From the NCBI GenBank assembly GCA_004022145.1, contig RCNU01000015.1: 64,000 nt of DNA. The stretch is one strand, 5' to 3'. The notes under the pieces were generated by a model. It was given only the letters and a program-made list of their open reading frames with translations, did not search any database and was not told the origin of the DNA. Positions within the stretch are counted from its first letter, which is position 1. Each line of letters opens with the position of its first letter. This document shows positions 39,070-52,497 of this stretch, one piece after another. The translations under genes and the position numbers were made by a program. This stretch comes from Paecilomyces variotii. Taxonomy: Eukaryota.

Positions 39070-39865
39070 GACAACAACTTCAGCGTAATGGTATTCTTGG
39101 ATGCCGATGAAAGCCCAGTGACAATATTGATGGAACAGAAGAGCCAAAGGTACGAATTGACTCGGAGCCACTACCCAGTGGACGGCTTTGTTGCACTCAC
39201 ACAGCCTTATATTCGTTCACACGCGTGACTATGGTGGTACACCAAAGCCATTCAGGATTATGGCGCAGCGAAGAAAGAACAAATACTCCTAGATAAGTCC
39301 AGATCCCAGGTTTGGGGGCTTGAAGTAATCTTTCCAGCTATGAGACATTATTATGTATGCCTTTTCGGTTATAACCTTATCTGGTAACTTCCGAGGAGAG
39401 TAATACAGGACAATTTGTCTCGATATCACCGGAAACCCCCGCTCGGAGGAAACGATAGAAATACATTCGTGGAGCATCAGATTCTGTATAAGCCGCATGT
39501 AGTGTCAGGTAAAAATCCTTTTTCTTTGTTTCTATGTTTCTTTCATGTTTTTCCGAGGAGGGCAGCGGGAGGGTGAGAGTTATGTTCGCACTCGTCTAGT
39601 CTAAACTTGTTATTGGTGTATGGGTGCTAGCTATGGAAAGTCCTCACTGAGCTTCTGTAACAACCTGCCCCTTGATACTCTTTTTACAGAATTAGGGATA
39701 TCTGCAATCTAACATTGTTGGTTGCGTGACTGCAGCCCTATTCATTCCAGTTAGTACCGTAAGTATCGCCTGCTTTAAGATTGACAACTAGAGACCAGTT
39801 TCTTTATCAGATAGTTCAACAGCCCCAGCAAGCAAACCGCAGAGCAAGATGCAGCCACAATGAAA

Positions 39866-41353
39866 TCATGCGAGGAGAAAAGCATATGGTCCGAAGCCCT
39901 CGCCTTCTAGTAAAAATGGCCATTCATCCTCGAACAGACTCACAATGAACTCGATGCCACCGCTTCTCTTCCGTGGCAGTATGTAACAGGCCGGTACTTT
40001 GAAACGGTTGCGCATACTCATTAATGGACGAGAACCTTCCGCTCGACCACCGTTGCCGAAGAACTTATCACCGAACGACGAGGCCTCGTCACCAGGAACC
40101 ATCAGCATTGATGACATCAACCAGTTGCCCTCAAGAGTTGCATAGCGTGGTCGCTGGATGTGATTATAATCGTGCATCTCTCGTAGTAGCATATAACCGT
40201 CCATCATGGTGGTGTGATCGATCTTCGCAGCGCTTGTACGAATGGCCTGCGCTACTGCGGCGATGCTTCCTTCCAATGTACCTTCAACAAAGACACAAAG
40301 CGGCAGCGTAGGTCGATGATGGTAGATAAGGTTGCCAACATACGTTGGTGGCACCGACATGGTCTGCGAAAAGTCTGGCCGAGCATCGACCGGCACCTGG
40401 ATTTCAAAAGGTGCATTAGGATCGACATCACGCCCTTGTGCCGCTATTGCTGCTGCCCGAGCTTTGATGAGACCGCGCCAAATACAGGCCATGAGAACGT
40501 CGTTCCCTGAGACGTCGACTGTGCATATTTTCCGAAGTGATGCAAAAGCCACCGGTGACATGTAGAACAACTTCGAGGTCATGACTCGCTCGTGTTGAAC
40601 GGCGTTAGACGACCTTTGCCCGTTCTGACCAGGATGAGACAGCTTTTCTGCATTTGGAGGATCGAGTCCAATCGCATACCAAGGCTCTGGGCCAACATCC
40701 TGAGCGGAATGACCTGTTCTTTCCTTCTTCCAGACACTATCAAGTAGGGTTCTGTCCCAGCTCTCGGGTGGAAGCGTGAGGGCAGGATCGCCAGAAACTG
40801 AGGCCAATTTTCTACATTGGTCTGCCCATAGCTTGTAGAAGATTGCCATACCTGTCGCGTCACACGCCGCATGGAGCACAGACACACACAGGAGACAGGC
40901 ACCTGGCATGAAATTTGCTTGAGCCGCCACGATCTCGGCTCCGGCGTCGAGATCTACCCCTCGATACGTCACCCAAATCAAGTCTTCATCAGCGAAAGCA
41001 TCCAGAGGAAAGCCTCTTGCCTTGAGGTCAGCATAAGTAGAAGACGTCGTCTGCTTGAGCTCATTGTAACGAAGCTGATAAGGGGGCGGTGCATCAGCAG
41101 TAATTGGGGCGTAACGGATTTCGAGCCGTCCAGGACGCCAACCAGGGGTATCCGGGGCCTGATGGTACAGCTTTCCATTCAGCCAGGGCACTTGCAGGAA
41201 GGTGCGCCGCAGTCCTTCTTGTAGACGTGCAAATACTGCTTCCCAACTGACACCGGACTTGATACTGAAGTAAACGGAGCCTGGAGGGTACACTGGTGGA
41301 GACAAGTGGTCTAGTGGACCAAGAGGAAGGTGTTGGATAGGTGTTGAGCTCAT
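39866..41353 (-). CDS. BAHD/transferase-family O-acyltransferase (trichothecene 3-O-acetyltransferase/Tri101-like)
   Basis: LGPLDH N-terminus, VPWLNGKL, AQANFMPGACLLCVSVLHAACDATG (HxxxD), VSGNDVLMACIWR, VPVDAR, TYVGNL, CYILPRK; intronless. Confidence 0.9.
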   Translation of the reverse strand: MSSTPIQHLPLGPLDHLSPPVYPPGSVYFSIKSGVSWEAVFARLQEGLRRTFLQVPWLNGKLYHQAPDTPGWRPGRLEIRYAPITADAPPPYQLRYNELKQTTSSTYADLKARGFPLDAFADEDLIWVTYRGVDLDAGAEIVAAQANFMPGACLLCVSVLHAACDATGMAIFYKLWADQCRKLASVSGDPALTLPPESWDRTLLDSVWKKERTGHSAQDVGPEPWYAIGLDPPNAEKLSHPGQNGQRSSNAVQHERVMTSKLFYMSPVAFASLRKICTVDVSGNDVLMACIWRGLIKARAAAIAAQGRDVDPNAPFEIQVPVDARPDFSQTMSVPPTYVGNLIYHHRPTLPLCVFVEGTLEGSIAAVAQAIRTSAAKIDHTTMMDGYMLLREMHDYNHIQRPRYATLEGNWLMSSMLMVPGDEASSFGDKFFGNGGRAEGSRPLMSMRNRFKVPACYILPRKRSGGIEFIVSLFEDEWPFLLEGEGFGPYAFLLA

Positions 41354-42166
41354 GTTCACCGTCCCGTCCCTTTTCAACTTCAATGAAAAAATTCTTAAGC
41401 ACTCGAGACTGACGGAAAGATAGGGAACCTAGGAGTTGACGAGGATCGCAAGAGTCTCGCCATTTGCCTGGGTCAAATTTTACCACTCCTGACAGGTCAG
41501 GACTCTGAGCATCTGGTTATTATACTCATCTTATCTTAAGTGCATTTTGCTTGATTGTATATACATAGAGCGAAGGAAGTTTGAGTCTTCGGAACTTACC
41601 AAGACGGGGCAAGACCGTGTTGCACGATATACCAAACCGCCATACTTACAGTGTGGATGATAGACTGTGTATTACATATTATGTCCTAGTCTAACTTAGC
41701 TTTCTTCCACAACAGTAGCTGCAGGGCATGGGTTGCAATGAGGGGCTATCCCGAGATAACACTCTAGTCCATCATTCCCAGATCATACTTACAAGGGCAT
41801 AAACATATCCGAATATGGTAAATCAGCTTGGCACCATATTTAAACGTCTTCGAATTGGCCTGAAATGTAGTACCCGTCAGTTGGGGTTCGGGCGTACTAG
41901 GGAGCAGACGTACTTCACGTAATCTCCGTCGGGACAAAGTACACTGACAAGTCTGCTACAGGTTCTATCGAATAAGAATCATACGCATAGGTAAGCGCTA
42001 ACTGTACTGCTTTACAGCGTCACGGAAGATATACCATTCAATAACGTGTATAGCTTGTCTCAATTGTTAAAGAATCGGTAATATATCAGCTTCATGCCTC
42101 TGACCTCGCCATATCTTCAGCAATCTGCATCAAAAAGAACACTCAGAACTGACGCACGAGAAGGAA

Positions 42167-43586
42167 ATGGTCATGTTTGGTGTTTTGCGATGGGACCAGA
42201 CAACCAGAAATCACAGTCACGTTGAGCTTTCCAGTGAGAAAGGAAACGATGCTCGCGGTTATGTTCTCATGGCATGTGATCGGTGCCGCGCGCGAAAGGT
42301 ATGTAATTATCCAATATACTGGTGCTTGATGGGACGCCCTGCCGTGATGGTATTTTTATGACTCTGATTCATACAACCGGGCTGACAGATCACCAATTCT
42401 ACAGCTCAAATGCAACGGAAACAAGAACGGTTGCGAAAGGTGCCAATCTATGTCCCCACAAAGCATCTGCACCTACACAAGGACCAGCCGGACTACAGCA
42501 GATCGGAAAAGGTCGTACCTGCAATCTATGCCACTGACACCAGAAGAGCGCTGCTTTCCAGAGGAAAAACGATCAAGAAATCTTCAGAAATCGATAGGAA
42601 ATGATATCGATGATATCGCGGCTCATCGCGGGCTTGACTCCCCCAACTCATCACCATTTACAACCGCCGGTGTCGAGAACACACCACACCCGGAGTCCTC
42701 TTCTCTTTTCTCGGAACTTTCGTGGGAAACAGTGCTCGATGATTTTCTTGGGTCAGACGAATCAGACCAGATCTCGGCGAGCCCATTACAGCATGGACTG
42801 GTTGCAGAAAGGGGCTTTCCGTACGCGGCGGAATCTCATACCCTCAATCTTCCGTTGACTGCAAACGTAGTCTGGCACTGCGATGCAGGAATTACTATTC
42901 ATGACTCCCAGACCCAAGATCAGATGATACCTGAAGGCGACGGAGGTTCTAGAAACACAGATCTTACTGACAGCCAAGCGATAATAGATGCGGACAGCAA
43001 GACCCATTGCAGCTGTCTCGACACTATGGTGCGGCTGCTGGAAGACGTGGATGTAAATACGAACTATGACAGAGAGCGGTTTGAGTTCGATACGAGTCTC
43101 ATGTGCATGGCTCAGGGAACTAAGACATGTTCTGGGTTGCTGACGTGCGCCCACTGCAACGCGTGCGTTGACCACGCTATGCTCGTTGCAAGCATTGCGC
43201 AACAGCTTGGTACCTTGGCCAAAAAACTCTCAGATAGGCTGGTCCAAACATATCCTTCGGAAGGGACACTGGACCAGCAACGACACTGCTGTAATCTCCT
43301 CCGGACTTCAAAGCCACTCTCTGTTGATGGAAAGGAGAGGCAACGGGAAGACGCTATGATGCCGGAGCACATGGGGATTTCTCTGGGGCGGTACAAAATC
43401 GAGTCGCCTCAGGTCAATTTTCGTCTTGTATCTGAACTGCTGTTCCTGTACCTGATGGAATTCCAAACTCTGCTGGCAACCATGAAAGCACGCATCGCGC
43501 CAGAACGAGGGGCCTGGCGGTTGGTCGACCAAGCTGAGAATATGATCGCAAAGCGTCGCCGGATAGTCGAGCAATTGAAAATATGA
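42167..43586 (+). CDS. Zn(II)2Cys6 pathway-specific transcription factor with AflR-like C-terminal region
   Basis: ACDRCRARK|intron 42299-42403|LKCNGNKNGCERCQSMSPQSICTY gives CX2CX6CX6CX2CX8C; C-terminal CSCLDTMVRLLE...LLTCAHC segment. Confidence 0.9.
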
Positions 43587-43852
43587 GCAATTCCCAGCCT
43601 CGCAATGTCAAAAGATTCAAAAACAATAGACCCTTTACTTGGTTTATCCCTAGTAAGGTTGTTAGTTCGGAGCTTTGAATGCCTAACTCATCCGCCCAAG
43701 CTAAATTGAGCGAGCAATTTTCTCAGAGATAGAACGTTTACACGGAGCAATATATTAGGTACTCGGTGGGAGCCTGGAGGAGCCTTAACTTTGTTTTTTT
43801 AAGTGCTTATATGAAAGACGCTAAGCTCTAGGACTTCAACCGGTTTTTGGCT

Positions 43853-43869
43853 GTATATATATATATATA
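43853..43869. repeat. (TA)n microsatellite between the convergent TF and PKS genes
   Basis: About 8 TA units. Confidence 0.7.
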
Positions 43870-44062
43870 GCGTGTAACGGCCCTCTTTAGATCTGATAAT
43901 AAAGGCTCGAACCTCGTTCATCTGCTTGTCTGAGAAACCGAGTCATACATATGAGATTTCCCGAGTATGTCTGGAATTGCTCGGAAAAATGACTGCAAGT
44001 GATAAATCCACTACCAACGACGAAGTTGTTCAAAATCTAAACCGAAACTCTTCACCTTTCTC

Positions 44063-47000
44063 TCAACTGGAAACTTCCCCATTAACATCTGCTTTCTCTG
44101 GCTCTCCATTCGAGACATTCTCCTCCTCCGGGACTCCATTGATAACATTCTCTGATTCTCCATTGGTAGCCGCTAATTTCGAAGCACAGAACTCGCTCTT
44201 GGTCGCTAGCAGGGAACCAAACTCAACGAGGGACGCGCTTTGAAGGATTTCAAAGACAGAAACCTTCGCGCGAATAGTGCTGCTTAGCCAATTTCGCAAT
44301 TCCACTGCAACAAGGGAGTCGACACCATAGCGTGCCAGGGGCAGGCTAACGTCAATCTCTTGTGCTGATATGTTAAAGATTACTGCAAGCTTGGCCGCAA
44401 GAGCATCCACGAGATGAGCTGCAGCTTCCTCTAAGGTGATGCCCGGGCTGGATAGAGCGCGGACCAGCGCAGCCGTGGCCTCTCCTTCACCAGAATCGGA
44501 TGCTGAGCTCCTGGTCCGTGAGCGCGAGTTCGCCAGCTGAAGAGTGCCAAGACGCCGATCCTTCACCATGGCACTCTCCCACATCGCGGGCATCTGCTCT
44601 GTAATGCCAATGATCACTTGGCTACTGGCAGGTGACGCCGCTCGCAATGGCTCACGAATAGCGGCCTCGACAAGGCGTAGCACCTGAGGGACCTCCATAC
44701 AGTATAGATGCAGCTTCTCAAAACGCTTACGAATGTGATCGTCACCACGATTCTCTTGATCTGCGACGTATCCCACAGTACGGACGACTCCCAAATCCAG
44801 CGTGACAGCGGGCTGACCTTTTCGCGTGCGGTACCTCGCCAATGCGTCCTGGAAGGCATTCCCAGCTGCGTAGTTAGACTGGGATGTGTGACCTAACACG
44901 CCGAGTAAGGACGACAGCATGATGAAGAAGTCCAGATTGGGCAGGTGCTTGTGCAAGTTGATGCTGCCCACAGTCTTGGGCCGCACAACATGGACCCATT
45001 GATCATACTGCATGCGTTCGAGAACAGTGTCATCCAGGACCATGGCACCATTCACGACGCCCCGAATAGGCGGCATGCCCGCATCAGAGCACTCGGCAAG
45101 AAATTTAAGAAAGCTCTTCTCGTCGGCGACATCACAGTCGCGAATCACAACATTACAACCACACCTCTCACCCTCGTCCCGGAGTCGCTGAGCAGCTGGA
45201 TGCGAAGTTGCATTTCGGGACGTCAGTAACACATTTCTAGCACCGGTCTTTGTGATAATCCATTCAGCGATTGCACTGCCAACCCCGGTCAACCCACCGA
45301 CAACGAGATAAGTGGCGTCGATACGTCTTAATGAAATTGGACGGGGTCGTGAGGTGACCTGTTTGTGCAAAACGTTAGCAATCATGGTCGGTATATGACT
45401 TGGACGTAGCAGCGGGCCAAAGACAAATGGGTGTTGGCGCAGATTTACCTTGACAAGGTCTCCAGCGCGGGGAACCAGGATCAGTTTGCCCATATGTGTG
45501 CCTCCTTGCATTTGACGCATACCCTTTTCGATCTCTGAGATGGAGAACGGCGTGATGGGACTGACTGGCTTATGGCCGGTCTTTACCTGTCGCTCGTTAC
45601 AGATGCGGACGCTCTCTGTGAGGGCCGCGAGATTCAATGGTCCATTAAATTCATGAAGTTGAAGAAGATCAACACCCGCATACATTGCGCAGCGTCGAAA
45701 CGGGGTCATTTCGAGGTGTCTACCCGCCTCAAGGTCCATCTTTCCGACTTCGATGAATCGGCCGAATCTGGCAATGCAATCCCATGTCGCTTTTAACATG
45801 GCTCCTGATAGCGAATTGACCACAACATCGACTCCCTTGCCATTGGTTGCAGCCATGATTGCTGGTGCGAAGCTTGTGTCTCTGCTTGAGAGAATCATGT
45901 CCGGGTGTATACCATATTCCTTCATCAGAAGATCTCGTTTAGCTCTGGAACTGCAGGTAGCAAAAACCTCGGCGCCGACATGCTGTGCCAACACTACGCA
46001 GGCCTGGCCAAAGCCTCCAGCGGCTGCGTGGACCAGCACCGACTCGCCCTTTTGCAGCCTCGCGATATGGTAAAGAGAGTGATAGGCTGTTGCATAGGCG
46101 GTCGGGATTGACGCTGCATCTTCGAAAGACATATCGTCGGGTAACTTGGCCACGCTTGTCCAGTAGGTGCGCGAAATACTCGCATATCGACCTAGGCTCA
46201 AACTTACAACCCTGTCACCGATCTGAAGACCGCTCTTCTCGGTGTTGGGACCTAGTCGAGTCACAACGCCAGAGCATTCATGTCCTATAACGGTCTCGTC
46301 TAACTGACCCAGCGCAACAAGGACGTCGCGGAAGTTCAAGCCGTACGCCTTTGCCTCAATCTCAACCATACCGTCAGGAACGTCGGATTCCGCCAAATCT
46401 GGCATCTCAGTGAAATGTAGATCACTCAAAAGACCCGTGCTAGAGGTCTCCCAGACCAGCGGGCGACCAGGTTGGTGGAATGGTTGGAGCTCGGGCTCAG
46501 GATCAATTTGCTTGGCGCTGGCTATCCGACTCTGAGACTTGTCCATGAAAAGTCTTGGTACATGCAGCATCGAATCCTTGACAGAATATTCACATTCAAT
46601 ACTGTCATCAGCCGTCTGATTCTCGATCCCGGCGTTGAAGCTCTGTACGAGGACATGGATGACGTGGGGAATATTGTCACTCGCCCATGCCTTACCGTTA
46701 TGCTCGAAGTCCAGGTGGACATAGCGCTTGCTTCGATCTTCCACTCTCAAAGTCCTTAGGAGACCTTGACTCAGTGCAGATGATGGATTCGTGGCATCCA
46801 TTAGGCCCCCACAGCTCAACCATAGAACCCCTCGGCTGTTGACGAGGAGATTCTGCAATCTTGCGAAGGCAGCTTCGTCTATTCCATCCACGAACGGATT
46901 GTTCATCTCTGCAGTAAATATACAGATCTTATCTTGCCAATGATTGGGTTGATCTATATCTAGGCTCTCAATCGAGGGAGAGATCTTCGTGAACGCATGG

Positions 47001-50000
47001 ATCTGATCGACAAATTGTGATAACCATTCCTGAGGGGGACGGTCTTTGGAATATACGATGGAAAGTGGACCCATCAACGAGAACTGTTCTGTCGTGCTCG
47101 TAGCAGTGGACAGGATTGTGCTCGACGATTGAAATTCCTTCTCCTGATAGTCGGGTATCTCAAAATCGACACCGCTGAAACCTGTCTTGCGGAGCACCCG
47201 GTCCCAGACGTCGAGCGCTGCGTTAGGACTCGTCTTGCGATCTGGTTCCTCTCCTAGCCACCAGCCAGGAAGGGTACCGAAGGACATCTGTGTATCAAGA
47301 CGGTCTTGCGTGGATTCAATGAGCAGCAGCTTCCCACCCGGCTTGAGCAGTTTCCGAACGTTTGATAATGTCTTGGACAGATTTTTGGTGGCGTGGAGCA
47401 CCAGGGCCGCTACTATCAAGTCATAATGGCCGGCTTTGAAGCCCTGCTCGACAGGGTCGTCCTCAATGTTCAACTGCTTGAAATCCATCATTCCTTGCCA
47501 GGCCGCAAACGTCTCACGTGCAGCTTGAAAAAACCCTTGCGAGATATCAGTAAAGGTATAGTGACCGAGCAGGGATCCTCCAAACCCATCCTTAACGCCT
47601 CTGGAGCCAAATGCTTCCAGCACCATCTTTGTTGCAGCTCCAGTACCTGCCCCGACCTCCAGGACGTTCGCTCCTGGCTGCTTCACGGCATATCGCTCCA
47701 TCAGGGCTCTCACGTGCGTGCCGACACGTGCGACAACTACGCTATGGTCCCTATAGTACTGGTTCAACAACCCTCCCTGCATCATCAGCTCGAGCGGAGT
47801 GACCTCGCCCCTTACGATAGCTGCCAGCTTGGCGCCGACTCTTACGAGCAGTTGGTCGGTTGGTGACCCAACTGCAAGCTCGTCCGCAAGCATCTGCTTG
47901 ATGCCTCGTGTCGCTTTGGACCATGTTTCACTGCCAGTCCGCAATTCACCGCATTTGCCAGATTCCACAATCTTTTTCATCCAATCATAAAACAATTTGT
48001 GGTGCCATTTCCAGGAGTCTTGATTGGGAGGCCCAGCCGCTTCGAGCTCACAGACAGCATCGTTGATGAAATTATACGATGCTCGAACACGCTTTCTCTC
48101 TTGTTCAGCCTCATCTTCGGCCAATGGGATCATCAAAGACTTTCGGAAATCTTCTGGAACGTGGTGTAATATGTCCTGCTCCCAACAGAGCTTGGAACAT
48201 ATTCCCGACGGCTCTGCATTATCCCCTGCGTCATTCCAGTCACGAGGGACGGCCTGGCAGAAGAAATCTTGCATTTCGAAGACTGAGTCTGATTCATTAG
48301 CATCGTCACCTTCTTTGTCATTCACAACCTTGACATTCGAGACAATGCCCCGTTTGTCGAGACTGATCAGCTCTGTGAAGGATTGCAGCTTGTCACCACC
48401 ATTTCGACCAAGGTTTACTGGTACGAACATGGTGCGAATCGACCGGGGAAGGACCATTGAGCCTGCCGTTTGATCTTTAGGTAAGCTACTGTACGTTGTC
48501 TGGAAGATAGAATCGAGCGTCGTTGGATGCAGGACATAGTGATTGGCTTTGCTGATTGGTGATGCGATGTCTGCAACCCGAAACTTGGTAAAGGCTTTGT
48601 TTCCTGCCGCATGACTGTCCTCCAAATTCCGGAAGGTGTCTCCATGGTTTATACCCATCTTGTTAAGACTGTCAAATAGCGATGCAATGTCGACGTCGGT
48701 CACTTCGGATGTTTCGAATTTTAGATAGGAGTCTCGGTTTGGTGGTTTTGATTCCCTTGTTGTAGCAACCTTGACTTGAGTTCCTGTCTCGGCCATGACA
48801 AATCCCTTACAGTTGTCTACCCAGAGATCGCCAGCTCCCAGAGAACAGACATCGAATTCATACCATCCTGAGCGCTCGAGATCCGTATCCCTACAACGAC
48901 GCAAGAAGATCTGTACCTCCACTCCGACCATAGACTCTTGGATCACTAGCGCGTTCGTGATATTAACATCACGCAATCGGTAACCCCAGATTGTCTCCTC
49001 CGATTCATCGGTCAGGAGACGTATGGCCTCAATGGCCATGGCGACATAGCCAGCACCGGGTAGCACAACTTTTCCGTCGACCTTGTGGTCTCCGAGCCAC
49101 CCCATTTCTGACAGGCGCAAGAAGTTTCTCCATGTGGGCGCGCTGCTGGTGGCGGTGGCTAGAGGACTGCCGAGCAGTTCATGTGGTAAGAACTTTCTGT
49201 GCCGTAGTTCTTTACTTATCCTCGGCTCATTCCAATATTTGACTGTATGATTCCAGGGATATGATGGAAGACCAGTGAGAAATGTGGGCTTTTCGTGGCC
49301 CAGCGGGAAATTCACCGGTTTCAGGTTCAGCGGATAACCTCGATGCAGTAGCTCGCACACGAGCTCTTGCATGGTTTCAACCGCATCGATCGGCCTTTTA
49401 AGACAAGAGAAATATGGAAGTTCGACGCTTGGTTCTCTGACTTTGAGGATTTCTCTTATCGGACCTGACAAGGTGCTGTGTGCTCCAATCTCAATAAGCA
49501 GATCCACATCCGGAGTACCACCTATTGAGTTCGAATCAAAGCACATACTTTCCAAAGCCTGATGGAAAAGTACAGGCTTTGTAAGATTATCAACCCAATG
49601 GGAAGGAGACCTCAAGATGTCGATTGATGTGATGCGCTCACCGGTCACCGGTGATGAGAACACGACATTTCTTTTCCTCTGGCTATCCGTATCCGTCGAG
49701 GAAAGAATAGTCTCTAGTTCTCGAGTGTAGTCCTCGGCCATATGCAGCATATGATGAGAGTGGTATGCCATTGGTACGTTTAGTTTCCTGTTGAAGACGC
49801 CGTCTTTTTCTAGCCGAGAATGGACCTCAGCAAGGGCTTCGGTATCACCTGAGAGCGTGACACTATTCGGACTGTTGACACAAGCCACAACTACGCGACC
49901 GCCTGCATCATTAACTGGAAGGTACGCCTTGACATTTTCAGGTCCCAAACCAACGGTAAGCATCCCTCCGTCAAGGGTGGAGCGCTTTTGGTGCATTCGG

Positions 50001-52497
50001 GCAAGTTCACCGCGATAGTAGACAACGCCAAGAGCTTCTTTGAAAGATAATGCCCCAATTGCATAAGCAGCTGCAATCTCGCCGCTGGAATGGCTAGTCA
50101 CGGCCGAAGGAGTGATACCCCATGACTCAAGAAGGTCCACGAGACAAAGCTGGACAGCAACTGTCATGGGCTGAGAGAGATTGACCTCGGATACTCGAGT
50201 TGAAAGTTCGTCGCGCATCAATTCAGCTTCGAGCATGTCAGTTCAATACAAAAATAAACTATCATGAACGTTGACATACCACAGAGTGACCACGTTGCGC
50301 CATATTCATTCTTTAGAATCTTGTCGGCCTCGCAGATCCGCGATTCAACCAGAGGATAATCCCGGATGAGTTCCCTTGCCATGGCGTACCATTGCGCTCC
50401 CTGGCCATTGAAAACAAAGCCAAGACGTCGTACTGGTCGTCTAGTCGAATGATATGGTCTGATCGACGGCGATTCTAGGCGCTCACAAAGCTGTTGCAGG
50501 TCTTTGGCAGGGACAGAGATCACCCAGGGAAGTAGTGATCGCCGCTCTGCCAGCGTGTATATGAGGTTTTCCGAGAGAATAGAGTTGGTTTTGTCATTGT
50601 CCTCCTTGATCAACTCACGGATGTGTGAAGCAAGTCGTTTCGCCATCATTTTGGCCGCCACTGAATCTTTGGCGCTGAGGATGTAGACGCGAGATCGGTT
50701 CAGGATCTGTTGATGCCCATCTTCGAACTTTTCTCTCTCACAATCCATTGCCGGAGCCCGCTCCATGATGATGTGTGCGTTGGTTCCGCCATAGCCAAAA
50801 TTGTTGATTGAAGCTCGGAAAGGTTTATCCTCTGGCCAAGGTGTCAAAGCTGTCGAGACCTGCAGATTCCATTCGTCCAGATGGATGTTTTGGTGTGTTG
50901 TCTCGTAATTCAGATTGGGAGGAATCAATCCATACTTCAGAGCGAAGCCGGTCTTGATAACTGACGCGATACCGCTGACGGGTTCTGTATGGCCAATATT
51001 CGTCTTGACGGAACCGACAAGAAGGGGGCCAGAGTTCTGAACTTTGCGTCTCTGCCCAAAAGTTCTAGCCAAGGCTTCGGCCTCGATAGGGTCTCCAGCA
51101 GCGGTGCCGGTCATGTGGGCTTCAACGTATCCCGTTTCGGCGAGATCAAGACCAGCACGCTTATAGCAGTCCCGAATCAGCTTGATTTGGGCCTCCAGTG
51201 ACGGAGACGATATTGTGGGTGTATTTCCATCTTGATTCACACCGGTTTCTCGAATGATTGCGTGTACGTGATCGCCATCTCGCAACGCTGCACTCAACGG
51301 CTTCAGGATGAGCGCTGCAACGCCCTCACCACGTCCAAATCCCTGAGCTCGAGCGTCCCAAGCAAAGCATCTTCCATCAGGGCCGAGAACACTACCCGGG
51401 AATGTCAGCCATCATCTTCGAAAGTCAACGTGGGAGAGTTCGGAGAAGTTCAAATACCCCATGGTGGACATTCCAATGAACGAATCCTGATTCAAAAGCA
51501 AGTTTGAACCACCAATAATCGAGGTGTCTGACTCTCCGGACCAGATGCTTCGACAACCTTGATGAAGTGCCACCAGACCTGCTGAGCACCCGGTATCGAG
51601 CGGCATGCTTGGCCCGCGTAAGTCGTAGAAGTGGGAAATTCGATTTGCAAGCATAGCTGTGCCAGTTCCGAAGGCAGTCTGTGAGACAAGCTCAGGGTCT
51701 CTTGCCAGTATTTCATGGTAATCCTTGCTGAAACAGCCTGTGAATACCGAAGTATTCGAGCCAGCAATCTTCTGGAGTGGAATACCAGCTGTGGGTGACG
51801 ATGTTTTGGTTAGCGTTTGCCATGTCAAGCACTTAAATGAAAAGCACGAAACGAACCGTCATCCATTGATTCATAGACGACCTCAAGGAGGAGCCGGAGT
51901 TGAGGGTCCATCACCTGACAGATCACGACGAGTTAACATGCCATGTCCAATGCAAACAAGTTCGTCAGAAGAAGAAGAGATGGAAAGGAAACCGGACTCA
52001 CCCTCGCGATATTTTCTGACACTTGAAAGAACCCGGCATCAAACAGGGAAATATCCTCATCGAGGAAATAAGCACCCTTCACGTGAGTCTGTTGTGTCTA
52101 TCATTAGCCATGCAAAGGGCAATCTCTACCTGTAGCGTCTCCATCGAAGAGGAACAGTAGTTTCCTTGTGATGAGCCTCAGATCTGACAAGGTTGAGTTT
52201 TACCTTGCCCGCTCTCTGGGGATCCGGATGATACCAAGCGTCGGCATCAAAGCGCCGCGACGGAATGGGTGACCACGCATCTTTCCCAGCAGTACACAAT
52301 TCCCAAAGCTTGGATGGGTTGGTAGCCCCTCCAGCAAAGCGGCAGGCCATGCCAACGATGGCGATGGGGGTCTGCGCTGACGATGCCGTGCCATTGCTCT
52401 CCAATGTATCGTTGACTTGCTCATCTCCATTTGCCGTAGAATATCCAGTGACACCATCTGGTGTCAAATGGCTGTTTACCAGAGCTTCGACGACCAT
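44063..52497 (-). CDS. Highly reducing iterative type I polyketide synthase KS-AT-DH-cMT-ER-KR-ACP (~2651 aa, 7 exons)
   Basis: Exons 52497-52204, 52088-52002, 51914-51857, 51788-51458, 51391-50280, 50226-45449, 45358-44063 (7956 nt, in frame). KS DTGCSAG/EAHMTGT/NIGHTE; AT SHSSGE/AYHSHHM; DH HKVDGKVVLP/HPTTLD; cMT LEVGAGTG; ER HAAAGGFG; KR GGLTGVG/VLDD/YAAGN; ACP GVDSL. Confidence 0.97.

Noticed and set aside
43903-43913. Perfect Pol III B-box match (GGTTCGAGCCT, minus strand) inside the cluster, as a possible tRNA or ETC site
   Set aside because: No A-box or cloverleaf around it, and about one such match is expected by chance in 64 kb on two strands.
44063-44170. NG-repeat acidic tail after the PKS ACP as a possible extra domain
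   Set aside because: About 35 aa of low-complexity linker, too short for a release domain.
45359-45448. Apparent 30-aa insertion between the PKS ER and KR domains (and a 20-aa insertion in Mcm5 at 23643-23702)
   Set aside because: Both are stop-free in-frame introns with canonical donor, branch and acceptor sites.
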